A stretch of 63,498 nt of DNA from the NCBI RefSeq assembly GCF_001194135.2, contig NC_068999.1, positions 44,451,128 through 44,514,625 on the forward strand, in the 5' to 3' direction. Shown here piece after piece: positions 24,554 to 38,175 of this stretch. Source of the DNA: Octopus bimaculoides. Lineage: Eukaryota. Position 1 is the stretch's first letter, and the number at the start of each line of letters is the position of its first letter. The notes beneath the pieces were generated by a model, which was not told the DNA's origin, made no database searches, and saw nothing but the letters and a program-made list of their open reading frames with translations. Both the position numbers and the translations under genes were made by a program.

Positions 24554-24948
24554 TTAATAATAATGATAATAATAATGCTTGCTAATTGATGTATCAATAC
24601 CAGCAGATGACAACGTTCCTCTAAAAGAAATGGAGAAAATTTCAAAATACAAAGACCTGGAAATAGAGGTAACTCGAATGTGGAATCTAAAAACAGAAAC
24701 AATTCCTATCATAGTAGGTGCCTTAGGTGTGATAAAAAAATATTCAGACAAATACATAACAAAAACACCAGGACTTACAAGTATATATAACATAGAGAAA
24801 ATTGCACTATTGGACACTGCACACATCCTACGCAAAGCCCTTCCAATACAGTAACCATAAGAGCATCACAACAAACCACAGCACATACCCAGAGCACACA
24901 GAGCTGCGCTCGGTAGTGAAGTGAAAGCACGCTATAAAAATAAAGCTA

Positions 24949-25035
<87 letters not shown>

Positions 25036-25050
25036 TATAATAATAATAAT
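24483..25050. repeat. (AAT)n arrays at 24483-24575 and 24952-25050 flanking the Dong insertion
   Basis: Direct reading. Confidence 0.95.
24576..24951 (+). mobile_element. 5'-truncated Dong/R4-clade LINE: RLE endonuclease C-terminus plus 3' UTR
   Basis: Open frame CLLIDVSIPADDNVPLKEMEKISKYKDLEIEVTRMWNLKTETIPIIVGALGVIKK...IEKIALLDTAHILRKAL* (stop 24854), a typical R4/Dong C-terminus. Then ~100 nt UTR; (AAT)n on both sides. Confidence 0.9.
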
Positions 25051-25991
25051 ATGATAATGACTCCATTATACTTACTGGACAATATGCCAAAACTACAATA
25101 TAAAAACTGACGAGAAATGGTAAAAACATGTGCCATACAAGGTACATGACAACGACCAGGCCACAATCATCTGGGTTGTGCCTGTTTAAGCTGACACGGA
25201 AAATACGGTTATCGCCCAAACATAATAATCAAAGATTGGAACGGGAAAAAAAACATCTGCTCAGTGATAGACATTTCTTGTCCCCTCCAGAAGTCAGCGC
25301 ATTGTAAGTAAATTCACAGGAAATAAAACTAAATCAACAAATGTGAAGAAACAATAAACAAGGCACTCAACTTTGTTTGGGAAGTTGTTTCAGACGAACA
25401 TTTCGACAACACAAGTCACTGCTGTTTACGACGACAACTCACAAAGTGTTGCGTGATATAAACAAGAGTAGACATCCGCATATTCGCATCAGAATCCATT
25501 TCAATCTTTCCACATGACTACGATATGTATTAATTGGAATTGAGGAGTGACGACACTTTGACAATAAAAGAAAAAAAAACTATATCCACGACAGAGACTA
25601 TTAAAATGAACAAGAACAATGTCGATGGTTTTTTTCTGTTTTTGTCTTTGTTAAGACTGAAAATGTCTTATCTCCAAGTGCGTTCCAATTCACAGCCTTT
25701 TGTTAAGTTATGTGGAGCTATTTTTGACACATACGTTCTCACAGGATTAAAATTATTTGTGCTTTCACTTTCCTCTTTCAATTATTCGCGCATCTACTCT
25801 CTTGCGTAAAACCGAAAATATTTACATAAAATATTTAAATTAATTATCATCTGTAACACCGTGACCTATGTTTAATTAGGATTTTAGTTGAAGGCAACCA
25901 GAAGCTAAAAAAACATCTATATAAAAGTGTGTGTAAGAGTGTTCACCCACCCACCAGCACCACCACCACACACACACACACAATTTACATA

Positions 25992-26058
<67 letters not shown>

Positions 26059-26174
26059 CATATCTATACATATATAGTTTACATATATGCATATATCATA
26101 TGTTGGATATATCTATAAATGTATGTATAAAATATACACATGAATGATATACGGTGTGGGTGTCTCTCTCTCTC

Positions 26175-26207
<33 letters not shown>

Positions 26208-26312
26208 ATATTATATTCGGATATGAATATGATATACATATCTGCATACGATATATGTATACACACATACACACACATAACATGCATATGTGCATATATT
26301 CATACATACATA

Positions 26313-26352
<40 letters not shown>

Positions 26353-26380
26353 CATACATACATACATATATGCGTATATA

Positions 26381-26547
<167 letters not shown>

Positions 26548-28164
26548 GATGTTTAAATAAGGACGGATATTCTGGCAAAGAAATGTATGCGAAGTGAGAA
26601 ACAAGAAATGAAGCGGCTCTGCTTAAGGCCTTATCTGTAGAGACGTGGATGAATGCATTATGAATTCCAATTAGTCTTAACTTTGGTTTTTCTGTGCTTC
26701 CATCGTAACATAGACACATGCACCTAGCCTAATTGTCAACGCATGTATGAAACGATACAGAAAAATATATTGTTGACGTTTTTCTCTTATATTTTGGGGA
26801 AAACAAGATGTTACATTATAATTGAGATGATGAAGGAATTATTAAAATATTGCCATGGGACTGTTGAGTTTACTTATAGCATACAGGGGTTACTGGAAAA
26901 AATATTGTCGACTTGTATGTATGAATTTATCTATTAACGTTTGTTTTTATGCTCAACTATATTAAAAAGAAAAGTTTTGATTTAATCTGAATGATTACTA
27001 TAATTTTTTAGAGTACAAATTTATTTTTCTTAACCAAGAATATTATTGAAAGCAACTTCGAAGTCACAGTTATCGAACAACTAACTCAATAGAACTTCTA
27101 ATACCTACGCATGATTATAAATATATAATTGTATTCATAAAATTTCATACACATATGTACACGCATACATATAAATAATTCATACCTACACTTATACATA
27201 CATCAGTATTAATTCTATTTGTAGCTCTTTCTCATTCTCCTANNNNNNNNNNNNNNNNNNNNNNNNNNNNNNNNNNNNNNNNNNNNNNNNNNNNNNNNNN
27301 NNNNNNNNNNNNNNNNNNNNNNNNNNNNNNNNNNNNNNNNNNNNNNNNNNNNNNNNNNNNNNNNNNNNNNNNNNNNNNNNNNNNNNNNNNNNNNNNNNNN
27401 NNNNNNNNNNNNNNNNNNNNNNNNNNNNNNNNNNNNNNNNNNNNNNNNNNNNNNNNNNNNNNNNNNNNNNNNNNNNNNNNNNNNNNNNNNNNNNNNNNNN
27501 NNNNNNNNNNNNNNNNNNNNNNNNNNNNNNNNNNNNNNNNNNNNNNNNNNNNNNNNNNNNNNNNNNNNNNNNNNNNNNNNNNNNNNNNNNNNNNNNNNNN
27601 NNNNNNNNNNNNNNNNNNNNNNNNNNNNNNNNNNNNNNNNNNNNNNNNNNNNNNNNNNNNNNNNNNNNNNNNNNNNNNNNNNNNNNNNNNNNNNNNNNNN
27701 NNNNNNNNNNNNNNNNNNNNNNNNNNNNNNNNNNNNNNNNNNNNNNNNNNNNNNNNNNNNNNNNNNNNNNNNNNNNNNNNNNNNNNNNNNNNNNNNNNNN
27801 NNNNNNNNNNNNNNNNNNNNNNNNNNNNNNNNNNNNNNNNNNNNNNNNNNNNNNNNNNNNNNNNNNNNNNNNNNNNNNNNNNNNNNNNNNNNNNNNNNNN
27901 NNNNNNNNNNNNNNNNNNNNNNNNNNNNNNNNNNNNNNNNNNNNNNNNNNNNNNNNNNNNNNNNNNNNNNNNNNNNNNNNNNNNNNNNNNNNNNNNNNNN
28001 NNNNNNNNNNNNNNNNNNNNNNNNNNNNNNNNNNNNNNNNNNNNNNNNNNNNNNNNNNNNNNNNNNNNNNNNNNNNNNNNNNNNNNNNNNNNNNNNNNNN
28101 NNNNNNNNNNNNNNNNNNNNNNNNNNNNNNNNNNNNNNNNNNNNNGTGTATCAAGGACTTGACT

Positions 28165-28380
28165 AATATCATGATAAAATATTGGGAGAATAATAAAACA
28201 CACATTAAAGATATACGGTGTGTGTTAAACAGCATTAATTGAGCTGGTTCTTAAATCTCAAGTTACTTTCAGTATTTTATTGACAACGATACGACCATAA
28301 ATAATATCAATGATGTAGTTGATGGTTTTAATAAATTCTTTGTAAGTGTGCGACCAGAATTGACAGCAAGAGCAAGAAAA
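28165..28380 (+). mobile_element. CR1/L2-group LINE ORF2 fragment (linker before RT)
   Basis: ENNKTHIKDIRCVLNSIN*AGS*ISSYFQYFIDNDTTINNINDVVDGFNKFFVSVRPELT resembles the NKNNIKxxWxxLNxxI...IANxFNxFFxxIGxxLA pattern. Confidence 0.6.
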
Positions 28381-29410
28381 AAAAGTACAAAGCAAAACAA
28401 AACAAAAACAATCATTCGTCCAGTAAGAAACAAAAAAAAAAGAAAAACACGTCTACCGATTGTGATTATGAGAATAAAAACCTGAATTCGATTTTACTTA
28501 GAGCGATAGAAGAATAATGGAATCATAATGGAATCATCGGAATCATTGTTTGTAAAATGTAAGAACAAAATTCTACAGACTTGAATTAAGATGAGAGGGT
28601 GATACTGAAGAAATTCATTCAAAGAACTGCCGAATCTCTGTCTCATATCTGTAAGNNNNNNNNNNNNNNNNNNNNNNNNNNNNNNNNNNNNNNNNNNNNN
28701 NNNNNNNNNNNNNNNNNNNNNNNNNNNNNNNNNNNNNNNNNNNNNNNNNNNNNNNNNNNNNNNNNNNNNNNNNNNNNNNNNNNNNNNNNNNNNNNNNNNN
28801 NNNNNNNNNNNNNNNNNNNNNNNNNNNNNNNNNNNNNNNNNNNNNNNNNNNNNNNNNNNNNNNNNNNNNNNNNNNNNNNNNNNNNNNNNNNNNNNNNNNN
28901 NNNNNNNNNNNNNNNNNNNNNNNNNNNNNNNNNNNNNNNNNNNNNNNNNNNNNNNNNNNNNNNNNNNNNNNNNNNNNNNNNNNNNNNNNNNNNNNNNNNN
29001 NNNNNNNNNNNNNNNNNNNNNNNNNNNNNNNNNNNNNNNNNNNNNNNNNNNNNNNNNNNNNNNNNNNNNNNNNNNNNNNNNNNNNNNNNNNNNNNNNNNN
29101 NNNNNNNNNNNNNNNNNNNNNNNNNNNNNNNNNNNNNNNNNNNNNNNNNNNNNNNNNNNNNNNNNNNNNNNNNNNNNNNNNNNNNNNNNNNNNNNNNNNN
29201 NNNNNNNNNNNNNNNNNNNNNNNNNNNNNNNNNNNNNNNNNNNNNNAAAGACGGAGGGAAAAGCAGGACTAGAATCAGTCAAGCGGTTTTTCCGACGCGC
29301 TAAAAATTCTAACTTACAGCCTCCAAAAAAAAAAAAGATTTAAGAAATAAAGAAACTAGATGCACGAAGATGCCATTACCGTCTGTTTAATATTGATCTA
29401 AAATTTTGGA

Positions 29411-29606
29411 ACAAGGCCAGCGATTTCAGGTAAGGGGGAAGTCGATTGCATCAACCCCAGTATTCGACTGGTACTTCTTTCATCAACCCCGAAAGGATGA
29501 AAAGCAAGGTTGACCTCGGCCGAATTCGAAGTCAGAACGTAAACGAGGACGAAATGGCATTAAAAATTTTGCCCGGCATGCTAACGATTCTTGAAGCGTG
29601 TCACCT
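29411..29606 (-). mobile_element. SINE family A
   Basis: gtcgattgcatcaaccccagta...ccccgaaaggatgaaaagcaaggttgacctcggccgaattcgaa.tcagaacg...gcccggcatgctaacgattc. Confidence 0.85.
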
Positions 29607-29652
29607 CCCATCTATTTAATATTAATAACGTTACAGTAATGGTTTAAGAAAT

Positions 29653-29847
29653 GAAGGGACGGGATGATAGAATTGTTAACACGCCGGTGAAAATGCTTAT
29701 CGGCGTTTTGTCCGTTTTTACATTCCGAGTTCAAATGTCACCCGAATCGACTTTACATATTCTTCAGCTTTCGAGGTCGATAAAAGAAGCACCAGTCGAG
29801 CACTGGGCCGACACAGTCGACTAACTCGTCCCTTCAAAATTTCAGGA
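29653..29847 (+). mobile_element. SINE family A (diverged)
   Basis: agaattgttaacacgccgg..aaaatgctta...ccgagttcaaat...tttcgaggtcgataaaagaagcaccagtcgagcactggg..gac.cagtcgact. Confidence 0.8.
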
Positions 29848-31336
29848 TAAGTTCGTTCGTATTAGCAGAAATTTCTATATAAAACTTTAAATACACACTC
29901 AGACGAATATATGGGGGGTATATATGTTTATTACAAGTACATTGATATGGAATATAAAAAATGCATACTCAGCTGTTCGCACGTCGTATACTTATATACA
30001 TACGCATATACACATCAATGTGTTCGTTAAAAAATCGAAGCTATTCATTTTCGATATTTTACACCGCCACATCAGAGCACAAGCTGCATATATCCAGTTA
30101 TTATCATATCATCTTCATTATTCTCTACACTTGATAACCCGATATAGTAACCCAAAGTTTCTACTGTTTCTTTACCTATTTTTTTTTTTAATCTCTTCTC
30201 GCTTCCATAACGGAGCTCTGTGAAGTTGACACAAATAGAGAAAAATTCTACTGTAGTTTAGGAAATTCTATATCCTATATAAAGAACGATAAAGACCGAT
30301 ATAAAAATCAGACAACAGAACTGAATTTCCTGGGTATTCAGTCTATCGCAGACTCGGCTATTAGCACTCAATAGAAAGTATTTGCATGGTCAGTGGAGCG
30401 TAAATATGAGCGCGATTTGCGATATTACAACTTCACATGGGCTTTGGATAAGTTTATGGAAATAAATAATGTCTGTCTATTTCTATAATGATAGCAATTC
30501 ATTAATACTGAGAGAGAGAGAGAGAGACAGAGAGGGGGGGGGCGAGAAAGAGGAACATGGAGCGGAGAGGGGAGCGGGAAGGGAGAGAAAGAGAGACGGA
30601 GATAGAGAGAAATTTGCATGCAAGCATCCATTAAAACATGTGTGTGTGTTTGTGCGTGTGTGTGTTTTACTTTACAATGTATATATGGTTATANNNNNNN
30701 NNNNNNNNNNNNNNNNNNNNNNNNNNNNNNNNNNNNNNNNNNNNNNNNNNNNNNNNNNNNNNNNNNNNNNNNNNNNNNNNNNNNNNNNNNNNNNNNNNNN
30801 NNNNNNNNNNNNNNNNNNNNNNNNNNNNNNNNNNNNNNNNNNNNNNNNNNNNNNNNNNNNNNNNNNNNNNNNNNNNNNNNNNNNNNNNNNNNNNNNNNNN
30901 NNNNNNNNNNNNNNNNNNNNNNNNNNNNNNNNNNNNNNNNNNNNNNNNNNNNNNNNNNNNNNNNNNNNNNNNNNNNNNNNNNNNNNNNNNNNNNNNNNNN
31001 NNNNNNNNNNNNNNNNNNNNNNNNNNNNNNNNNNNNNNNNNNNNNNNNNNNNNNNNNNNNNNNNNNNNNNNNNNNNNNNNNNNNNNNNNNNNNNNNNNNN
31101 NNNNNNNNNNNNNNNNNNNNNNNNNNNNNNNNNNNNNNNNNNNNNNNNNNNNNNNNNNNNNNNNNNNNNNNNNNNNNNNNNNNNNNNNNNNNNNNNNNNN
31201 NNNNNNNNNNNNNNNNNNNNNNNNNNNNNNNNNNNNNNNNNNNNNNNNNNNNNNNNNNNNNNNNNNNNNNNNNNNNNNNNNNNNNNNNNNNNNNNNNNNN
31301 NNNNNNNNNNNNNNNNNNNNNNNNNNNNNNNNNNNA

Positions 31337-31424
31337 CTACTATCACTACTACTACTACTACTGCTGCTGCTGATGATGATGATGATGATGATGACGATGA
31401 TGATACAACAACAACAAGTAGTAA

Positions 31425-31492
<68 letters not shown>

Positions 31493-31556
31493 TTACGACT
31501 ACAACTACTCTTGTTACTACCACAAAATAATAATGATCGATTATTAGAATGAAGAC

Positions 31557-31598
<42 letters not shown>

Positions 31599-31662
31599 AG
31601 AAATAGTAGTAGTAGCAATAACAGCAACAACAAGAACAATTATAACAGTAATAATAATAATG

Positions 31663-31729
<67 letters not shown>

Positions 31730-31776
31730 TGATGATAATAATAATAATAATGATGATGATGATGATGATGATAATG

Positions 31777-31852
<76 letters not shown>
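31337..31852. repeat. Compound trinucleotide microsatellite (ACT, GCT, GAT, ACA, AGT, AAT)
   Basis: Consecutive in-phase arrays. Confidence 0.95.
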
Positions 31853-32384
31853 GCGTTTTGCATTTATCTTGATTTTATCCCCCTCTGGAGATTTAACAAT
31901 AATTGAGAAATACCTAAATGTTGATGATAAATTAGAGATGGTTGCAAGAATGTTTATGCTATTTACGTCTACGATAAGGATCAGTGGTGATGCACTCTAG
32001 GGGTATAAGTTTGCTTTTAACTCTGTTTCATAGCAGTGTTAAGGTTTGGTAACTACTATCTAAAAACGCGAAGCGATTATTTTCGGTAGAACAGTGAAGG
32101 TGTCGAACAGGAAACGCTAGAATAGTCAGCCATTGCTGTCTGCTTTTGAATATACAATATAATGTGTCTAAATACTTCAGAAACTAGAAATAAATATGAA
32201 TGGATCAGATTTATAAAGTATGTATGGGAAGTTAATAGAGAATGGTGAGAAATTGAACATTTAAGCAGAAGGGCGGAGAAATCGCGGCCTCCTTACTACA
32301 ACAATTGTATCTGCAACAAGCAACATATATGATGATACTTTTAGGAAAATCCTTTTGAGTCGGATCAATGAACGTATTCACGCT

Positions 32385-32512
32385 TTTACTTCATTCAGTC
32401 GTTTCATTGCGGCCATGTTGGAGACCCGCCTTGAAGTGTTATACGTCCAACAAATGACTCTGGTATTTTAATTCTGGTATTTGTTTTATACGTCTTTTTT
32501 GCAGAACCGCTA
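32385..32512 (-). mobile_element. SINE family B 3' fragment
   Basis: ttcagtcgtttcattgcggccatgttggag.cccgcc...gcagaaccgcta. Confidence 0.65.
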
Positions 32513-32774
32513 TATTATGACGATGCAAACAAACTTACACCGCTTCTCCAGTGCTTGCAATATGAACACAAATACAAAGACAGGTACACACTGACACACA
32601 TGTATATATGCACATATATGTGTACGTATAGATTTTATATTAGAGATTTTAGAGCAAGCTCGTTGAAAGATCAGCGGCTGAATATCACTTACTTTTCTAT
32701 ATATTGTGAGTTGGAGCGAACGACTACCACTTCTAGCGAACATGTGTCCAGTAATGAGGATGGGCATGAAATAG

Positions 32775-32925
32775 ACCGAAATTTGTCTTTACGTTCTCAG
32801 TTCAAATTCCACCTTCCATCCTTTCGGGATTGATAAATTAAGTATCAGTTGCGTACTGGGGTCGATATAATCGACTGGCATCCTCCCACCAAAATTCGGG
32901 CTTTGTGCCTAGAGTAGAGAAGTAT
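32775..32925 (+). mobile_element. SINE family A with (TAT)n tail
   Basis: tttacgttctcagttcaaattcc...catcctttcggg.ttgataaattaagta.cagttgcgtactggggtcgatataatcgactgg...ttgtgcctagagtagagaagtattat. Confidence 0.85.
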
Positions 32926-32930
32926 TATCA

Positions 32931-33006
<76 letters not shown>

Positions 33007-33152
33007 GTTGTTGTTTTTTCTTCTTTCTTCAAATTTTCTTCCATTTCTCGCCGAGTGTTTTCCGTACACCTACGGCAGAGAAACTCGTTGTATGCATTCC
33101 CAGTTTACACACGCAAATTCACAGGTAAAACATGTATTTAAGAATATTATTA

Positions 33153-33199
<47 letters not shown>

Positions 33200-34131
33200 G
33201 TTGTTGTTGTCTATCGTAGCCTTTTAATGTAATAAAAATATAAGAGAACTATTAACCACCACCTCTAACAACAGTAAAACTACCATTGGGACGTGTAAGG
33301 ATATCCTTTCGGTGTACGCACCGCAAAACACCAAACAGAACTTGGATTTATGCTGGTTTCAGCGGACATACGTATAACGTTAAGCACAATAACAGTAGTT
33401 TGACGGAATTAGACGAAAATTTTACATCAAATGGCTATAATTTGAGGAAGATCTGAGAGGGCACCTTCTTAGAAGATATGATTACTCAGCCGCCATTAGA
33501 GGCCTCAAAAGACATGAGAATAAATATACTTGTGAATTACTTACGTAACGCACCAGAGGAATGAACAAAACTAGGAATTCCATCCCATTTACACACTACT
33601 TTTTAACTAAGTTGACTCTTTTATGTCTTAGTTAAATTATATCACCGGCGAGTTAACTCGAGATTCCTGAACGACTTCGTAACCGTTATATAACAAGAGT
33701 ATCTTCGGCCTGATGAATAACCAGTGGAGCGCCCCTCGTTGAATAATAATTACTTCCGAAAATCTGCTAGCTAGTCTGCTCCATTCGCTCAATTTCGATT
33801 AGATATGTTTTGGTTTTACTTTTTTTCCTCGTTACCAGTATAGAAACGTCAAAACCTGATGACGTCATTTTCTCTAAAAGAGAACGCAAAATATTCCCAC
33901 ACATATATTTTAAACGTTCATATATGCAAACACAAACGCACGTGCGTATATGTGTATCTGTACAGTGGAGCTGAACCCGGAACCGTGCAGTTGCGAAGAA
34001 AACCTTCTTACCACACAGCCAAGCCTGCGCCTAAAATATTTTACTGCTTATGAAAATACCTATAGTCAACATTCAGTCTAAAGCCATCACGTACTTAAGA
34101 GATAGAAATTTGTACAGCAATGTTCCACACA

Positions 34132-34229
<98 letters not shown>

Positions 34230-34297
34230 ATATATAATATGAACAGACAGACATATGCACATGTAAATATCCGTAGATATATATATATATGCATGTG

Positions 34298-34334
<37 letters not shown>

Positions 34335-34765
34335 TACTTTCATGTGCGCGTTTGCGTTGAAATGAATTAATATAACTGTAAGTAGGGTTTTCCATTTAAC
34401 AATTTATTTCAACCTCTTTCCGCAATAAATTACCTATATTGGTGATATTTCCTTGGACAATGCCATAGATGTAACTTTGGTTAAATTTCTAAGCTAAAGT
34501 TATTGTTCGCATTTCTCTTTGTGGCTTAAGATTGTCGCCAAACTATATTAATCTTCTCTGTTCCGTAAACTTTCTGGCGAACAATAATTTCTTTCACACT
34601 TAACGAAAGTTTACGGAAAGAAAGTTAATATGTTGAGCCGACACACTTAAAAGGACGGCAGAGTGAAATGGAAGGAATATTTGATAAACGATGGTTCCAT
34701 CAGTTTTTATGTCTAGGGCATTTTCCGCTGAAATAACAGTAACTGTAATAAAAATAATTTGTTGT

Positions 34766-34922
34766 AAGGCGGCGAGCTGGCAGAAACGTTAGCACGGCGG
34801 GCGAAATGCCTAGCAGTACTTCGTCTGTCTTTACGCTCCGAGTTCAAATCCGCCGAGGTCGACTTTGCCTTATATCCTTTCGGGGTCGTTAAATTAAGCA
34901 CCAGTTGCGTGTTGGGGTCATC
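34766..34922 (+). mobile_element. SINE family A
   Basis: aaggcggcgagctggcagaaacgttagcacggcgggcgaaatg...gagttcaaatccgccgaggtcgactttgcc...tcctttcggggtcg. Confidence 0.9.
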
Positions 34923-35047
34923 TCGGCCACTTATGTACCACCGAAACCCGATAATCGGCTTAATGAGGACTCCGGAAAAATATTCTTCCGGGTCTTTAGG
35001 TTCTTTGTTAAAATTTCGCTGAGGTCGATTTTTCCTTTCCTCCTTTT

Positions 35048-35426
35048 CGAAAAGAAGCCAGAATTGGCAAATTGTAAAAGACAACGCTAGACCACACACG
35101 CCTTTGCTAACTTATGAAAAATTGTTGGAGATTGCTTGGGAAGTGATGTCACATCAACCAAATATCTCTGACCTTGCACCATCAGATTACCATTTATTTT
35201 GAAGTTTGCAAAATTCTTTGAACGGTAAAACTTTCAATAATGATGGTGACCTGAAATGGCACTTGCTTCAGTTTTTGGCTGATAGGGACAAGAAATCGTA
35301 TCAGCGCAGAATCATGAATATGGTAAAAAGTCATGGAACAAACTGGAAGCTATATAATTGCTTAACGTTCATTATTGGTATGAAAAAAAATGACTTTTAT
35401 TTAATTACTTTCTTGCCAACCCAATA
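35048..35426 (+). mobile_element. Mariner (DD34D) transposase C-terminal remnant with right TIR
   Basis: KKPELAN/DNARPHTPLLTYEKLLEIAWEVMSHQPNISDLAPSDYHLF*SLQNSLNGKTFNNDGDLK matches the mariner DNARPH and YSPDLAPSDYHLF motifs. Ends actttcttgccaacccaaTA, a mariner TIR. Confidence 0.9.
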
Positions 35427-36220
35427 TGTAATCGAAACATTTATCAGAAGACAATTGCCCAAAGTATCCCAACATGAAATCGAACGCTGAACCACATTTA
35501 GTAAGAAGCAGACTTCTTAATTAAACTAACGTCATCTAGAACAAAATAGAATTAGAAGTTTTGTTAAATTGCTGCTGCTTTTGCCGCTGCTTTTGCCGCT
35601 GCTACTGCAATCCGTATTTCAACGGTGTTAAAATCCGGTAATATATTTTATTACTCATTCATAAATTAACAGTGTCTCTGTGCAAATGAATCCCTATCTG
35701 AGATGTCGACATAAATTTCGAACGAGAAGTCGAAATGTCGTATCGAGTAACACAAACGGTCGTTGTTCTGTTCACGTGATACTGAAGTGAATGGCCGCCA
35801 CGCACGATCATCGTAGAGGAGAACAGCAAGAAATATCAAACGTGTAGGTTGATTAGTAAATCTTTGAATGCGTGACGTCATAGTTAATAATGATTTAAGT
35901 GGAATTGTGAAACTCTGCTAAAATTGTATACGTTTATATAGGAACGTTAGAGAGAGATGCTGTAAAGTATATATGGTGCGGGTTTCGTACACACAATTAC
36001 ACTGGGGCACGCAGAAGCATGCATGAACACACTCATCTGGTCCCACGCCAAGGACACGCGCCCACGTTATGTGTATGCGAGAATACTTACCTGTGTGAGT
36101 GTGCGTGTATGTATGTGTTTGTGTGTATGTCTCTTTGTGTTGCGTGTAAGAACAAGGAAATTCGTGTACTACAATACATAGTGACCGTGAGAATATTGCT
36201 TTTCCATATATTGCTTTTCC

Positions 36221-36253
<33 letters not shown>

Positions 36254-37382
36254 NNNNNNNNNNNNNNNNNNNNNNNNNNNNNNNNNNNNNNNNNNNNNNN
36301 NNNNNNNNNNNNNNNNNNNNNNNNNNNNNNNNNNNNNNNNNNNNNNNNNNNNNNNNTATATATATATTTACATATATATATTTACATATATACATATATA
36401 GATGGATAGGTATATATGTGTGTATGTATGTATGTATGTCTATATATATATATATATATATGCATAAATGTAATTATTTTCTCAATTAAATTGCATATCA
36501 TATTGATGGCCCCGAAGAAGCTATAAGCAGTTACTCAGGCTTTCGATATAAGTCCACTGCGTCTTAGAGCAGAAACAGCTGTAAGCTAATGAAGTTCATA
36601 AGATAACCATTTATTCCTTTGTCATGTTATTTTCTTATTACCGCTCCTTACTCGACAAATGCTTAATTCTGAAGCATATGTATAGTGTGTTCTATATCAT
36701 GCATAATTGAAACATGTATGTATTTATAAATATTCTGTAACACACAGTTAACACGGTGGTGTTAAAAAGCGTCACACACATATTCGCAAACACACACAGC
36801 ATATACGCTCAGAATAGCTTCACACACACACATACACTCACACGCACTCACACACACACACATGCCAGGATCACAGTTGTCTTCCATGCAACTCACGCCC
36901 AAAACATTATATTTACCATTTTCGGTCATTTCAGTATGCCTTCACCGTCAAATACATGTGTTCTTTTTCCATTTTCTTTTTCTCTTTTTTACTCTCCTTG
37001 TCAGTTCTTTCAGATGAAGAGTATCTACTCAAAATATAAAAGGCTTTTCCATCTATTTTTTTCCTAAGCGTGAAACTAATACACCCTTTTTATCTTTTTT
37101 TACCATTTCTTCGTAATAAATATATTCTTTGCTCTCTATACATGTGTATGTGTGAGAGTGTGTGTGAGTACGTGTGTGTGAATGTGTGTCTGGGTGTGTG
37201 TGCGTGTGAATGTGTGAGTGAATGTGTGAGTGTGTGTGTGTGTGTGAGTGTGTATGGATGAGAGAGAGCAAGTGTGTGTGTGCGTGTCTGTGTGTGCACG
37301 CGCGCCAATTTCCATTTTCAAATTATTAAGAACCGTACTTAAAACATAACACTGATATTTGCTGTTTATTCAAAATTCAGGC

Positions 37383-37412
37383 TAACCCTAACCTTAACCC
37401 TAACCCTAACCC
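37383..37412. repeat. Interstitial (TAACCC)5 telomere-like repeat
   Basis: taaccc taacct taaccc taaccc taaccc, equal to (TTAGGG)n on the minus strand. Confidence 0.85.
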
Positions 37413-37764
37413 AACGACTCTGATTTTCAGGATTTTCAGAGTTCTGCACATGCCACTTTCCTAGAATGACCTTCCATATATGGAGGGATAAGTTAAAATG
37501 CTTGTCTTTTGCGTGTTCTTTTGCGCATACCTTATTACAGAAAACGCTTCTGTTGGATTGATAAAAGACATTCACTCGTATCTTTTTTTTTACTTGGCAC
37601 TGTAATATCATACAAGTAATCTCATAAAATTACACGAAACTCATACATTTTCTGTCGAGTTTGAAAAGTAAATGGACAAAAATAACTTCGTAATTTCATT
37701 TCAATTCTTTTTTTGTTAGCTGTTACCTGCTACGATATCAAATCAGTATAAGTTTAAATAACTG

Positions 37765-38175
37765 TATCATCAGCATCATCATTATCATCGTCATCACCAA
37801 TCACCATCATCATCGTCGTCATCATCATCATCATCATCATCTTTATCATCATCGTCTTCATCATCATCATCGTCATCATCGTCGTTATCATCATCATCAT
37901 CGTCATCGTCGTCATCATCATCATCACCTTCGTTATCATCATCATCATATTCATCATCATATTCTTCATCATCATCATCACCAGCATCAACAACTTCATA
38001 ATCAACATCATCATCATCCATCTCCTCCCCTCTTCCTCCTCATCCTCCTCCTCATCATCATCATCTTCGTTATCTTCCTCCTCCTCCTCCTCCTCATCAT
38101 CATCATCATCATCATCCTCATTCTACTTATCGTCATCATCGTCATCATCTTCGTCGTCGTCGTCTTCATTATCAT
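37765..38175. repeat. Cryptic (CAT/CGT/CCT)n low-complexity region
   Basis: Direct reading. Confidence 0.9.

Noticed and set aside
26642-26675. DVDEC (calcium-binding EGF start) after an AG
   Set aside because: The frame stops after [10 protein letters not shown] and there is no further cysteine pattern; most likely chance.
34713-35099. 128-aa minus ORF MCGLALSFTICQFW...
   Set aside because: It is composed of antisense mariner sequence and an antisense SINE.
37754-38021. Poly-Asp and poly-Met ORFs (also 48398-49025, 17164-17676, 47557-48561 poly-His)
   Set aside because: These are alternative frames of cryptic (CAT/GAT)n repeats with no non-repetitive coding context.
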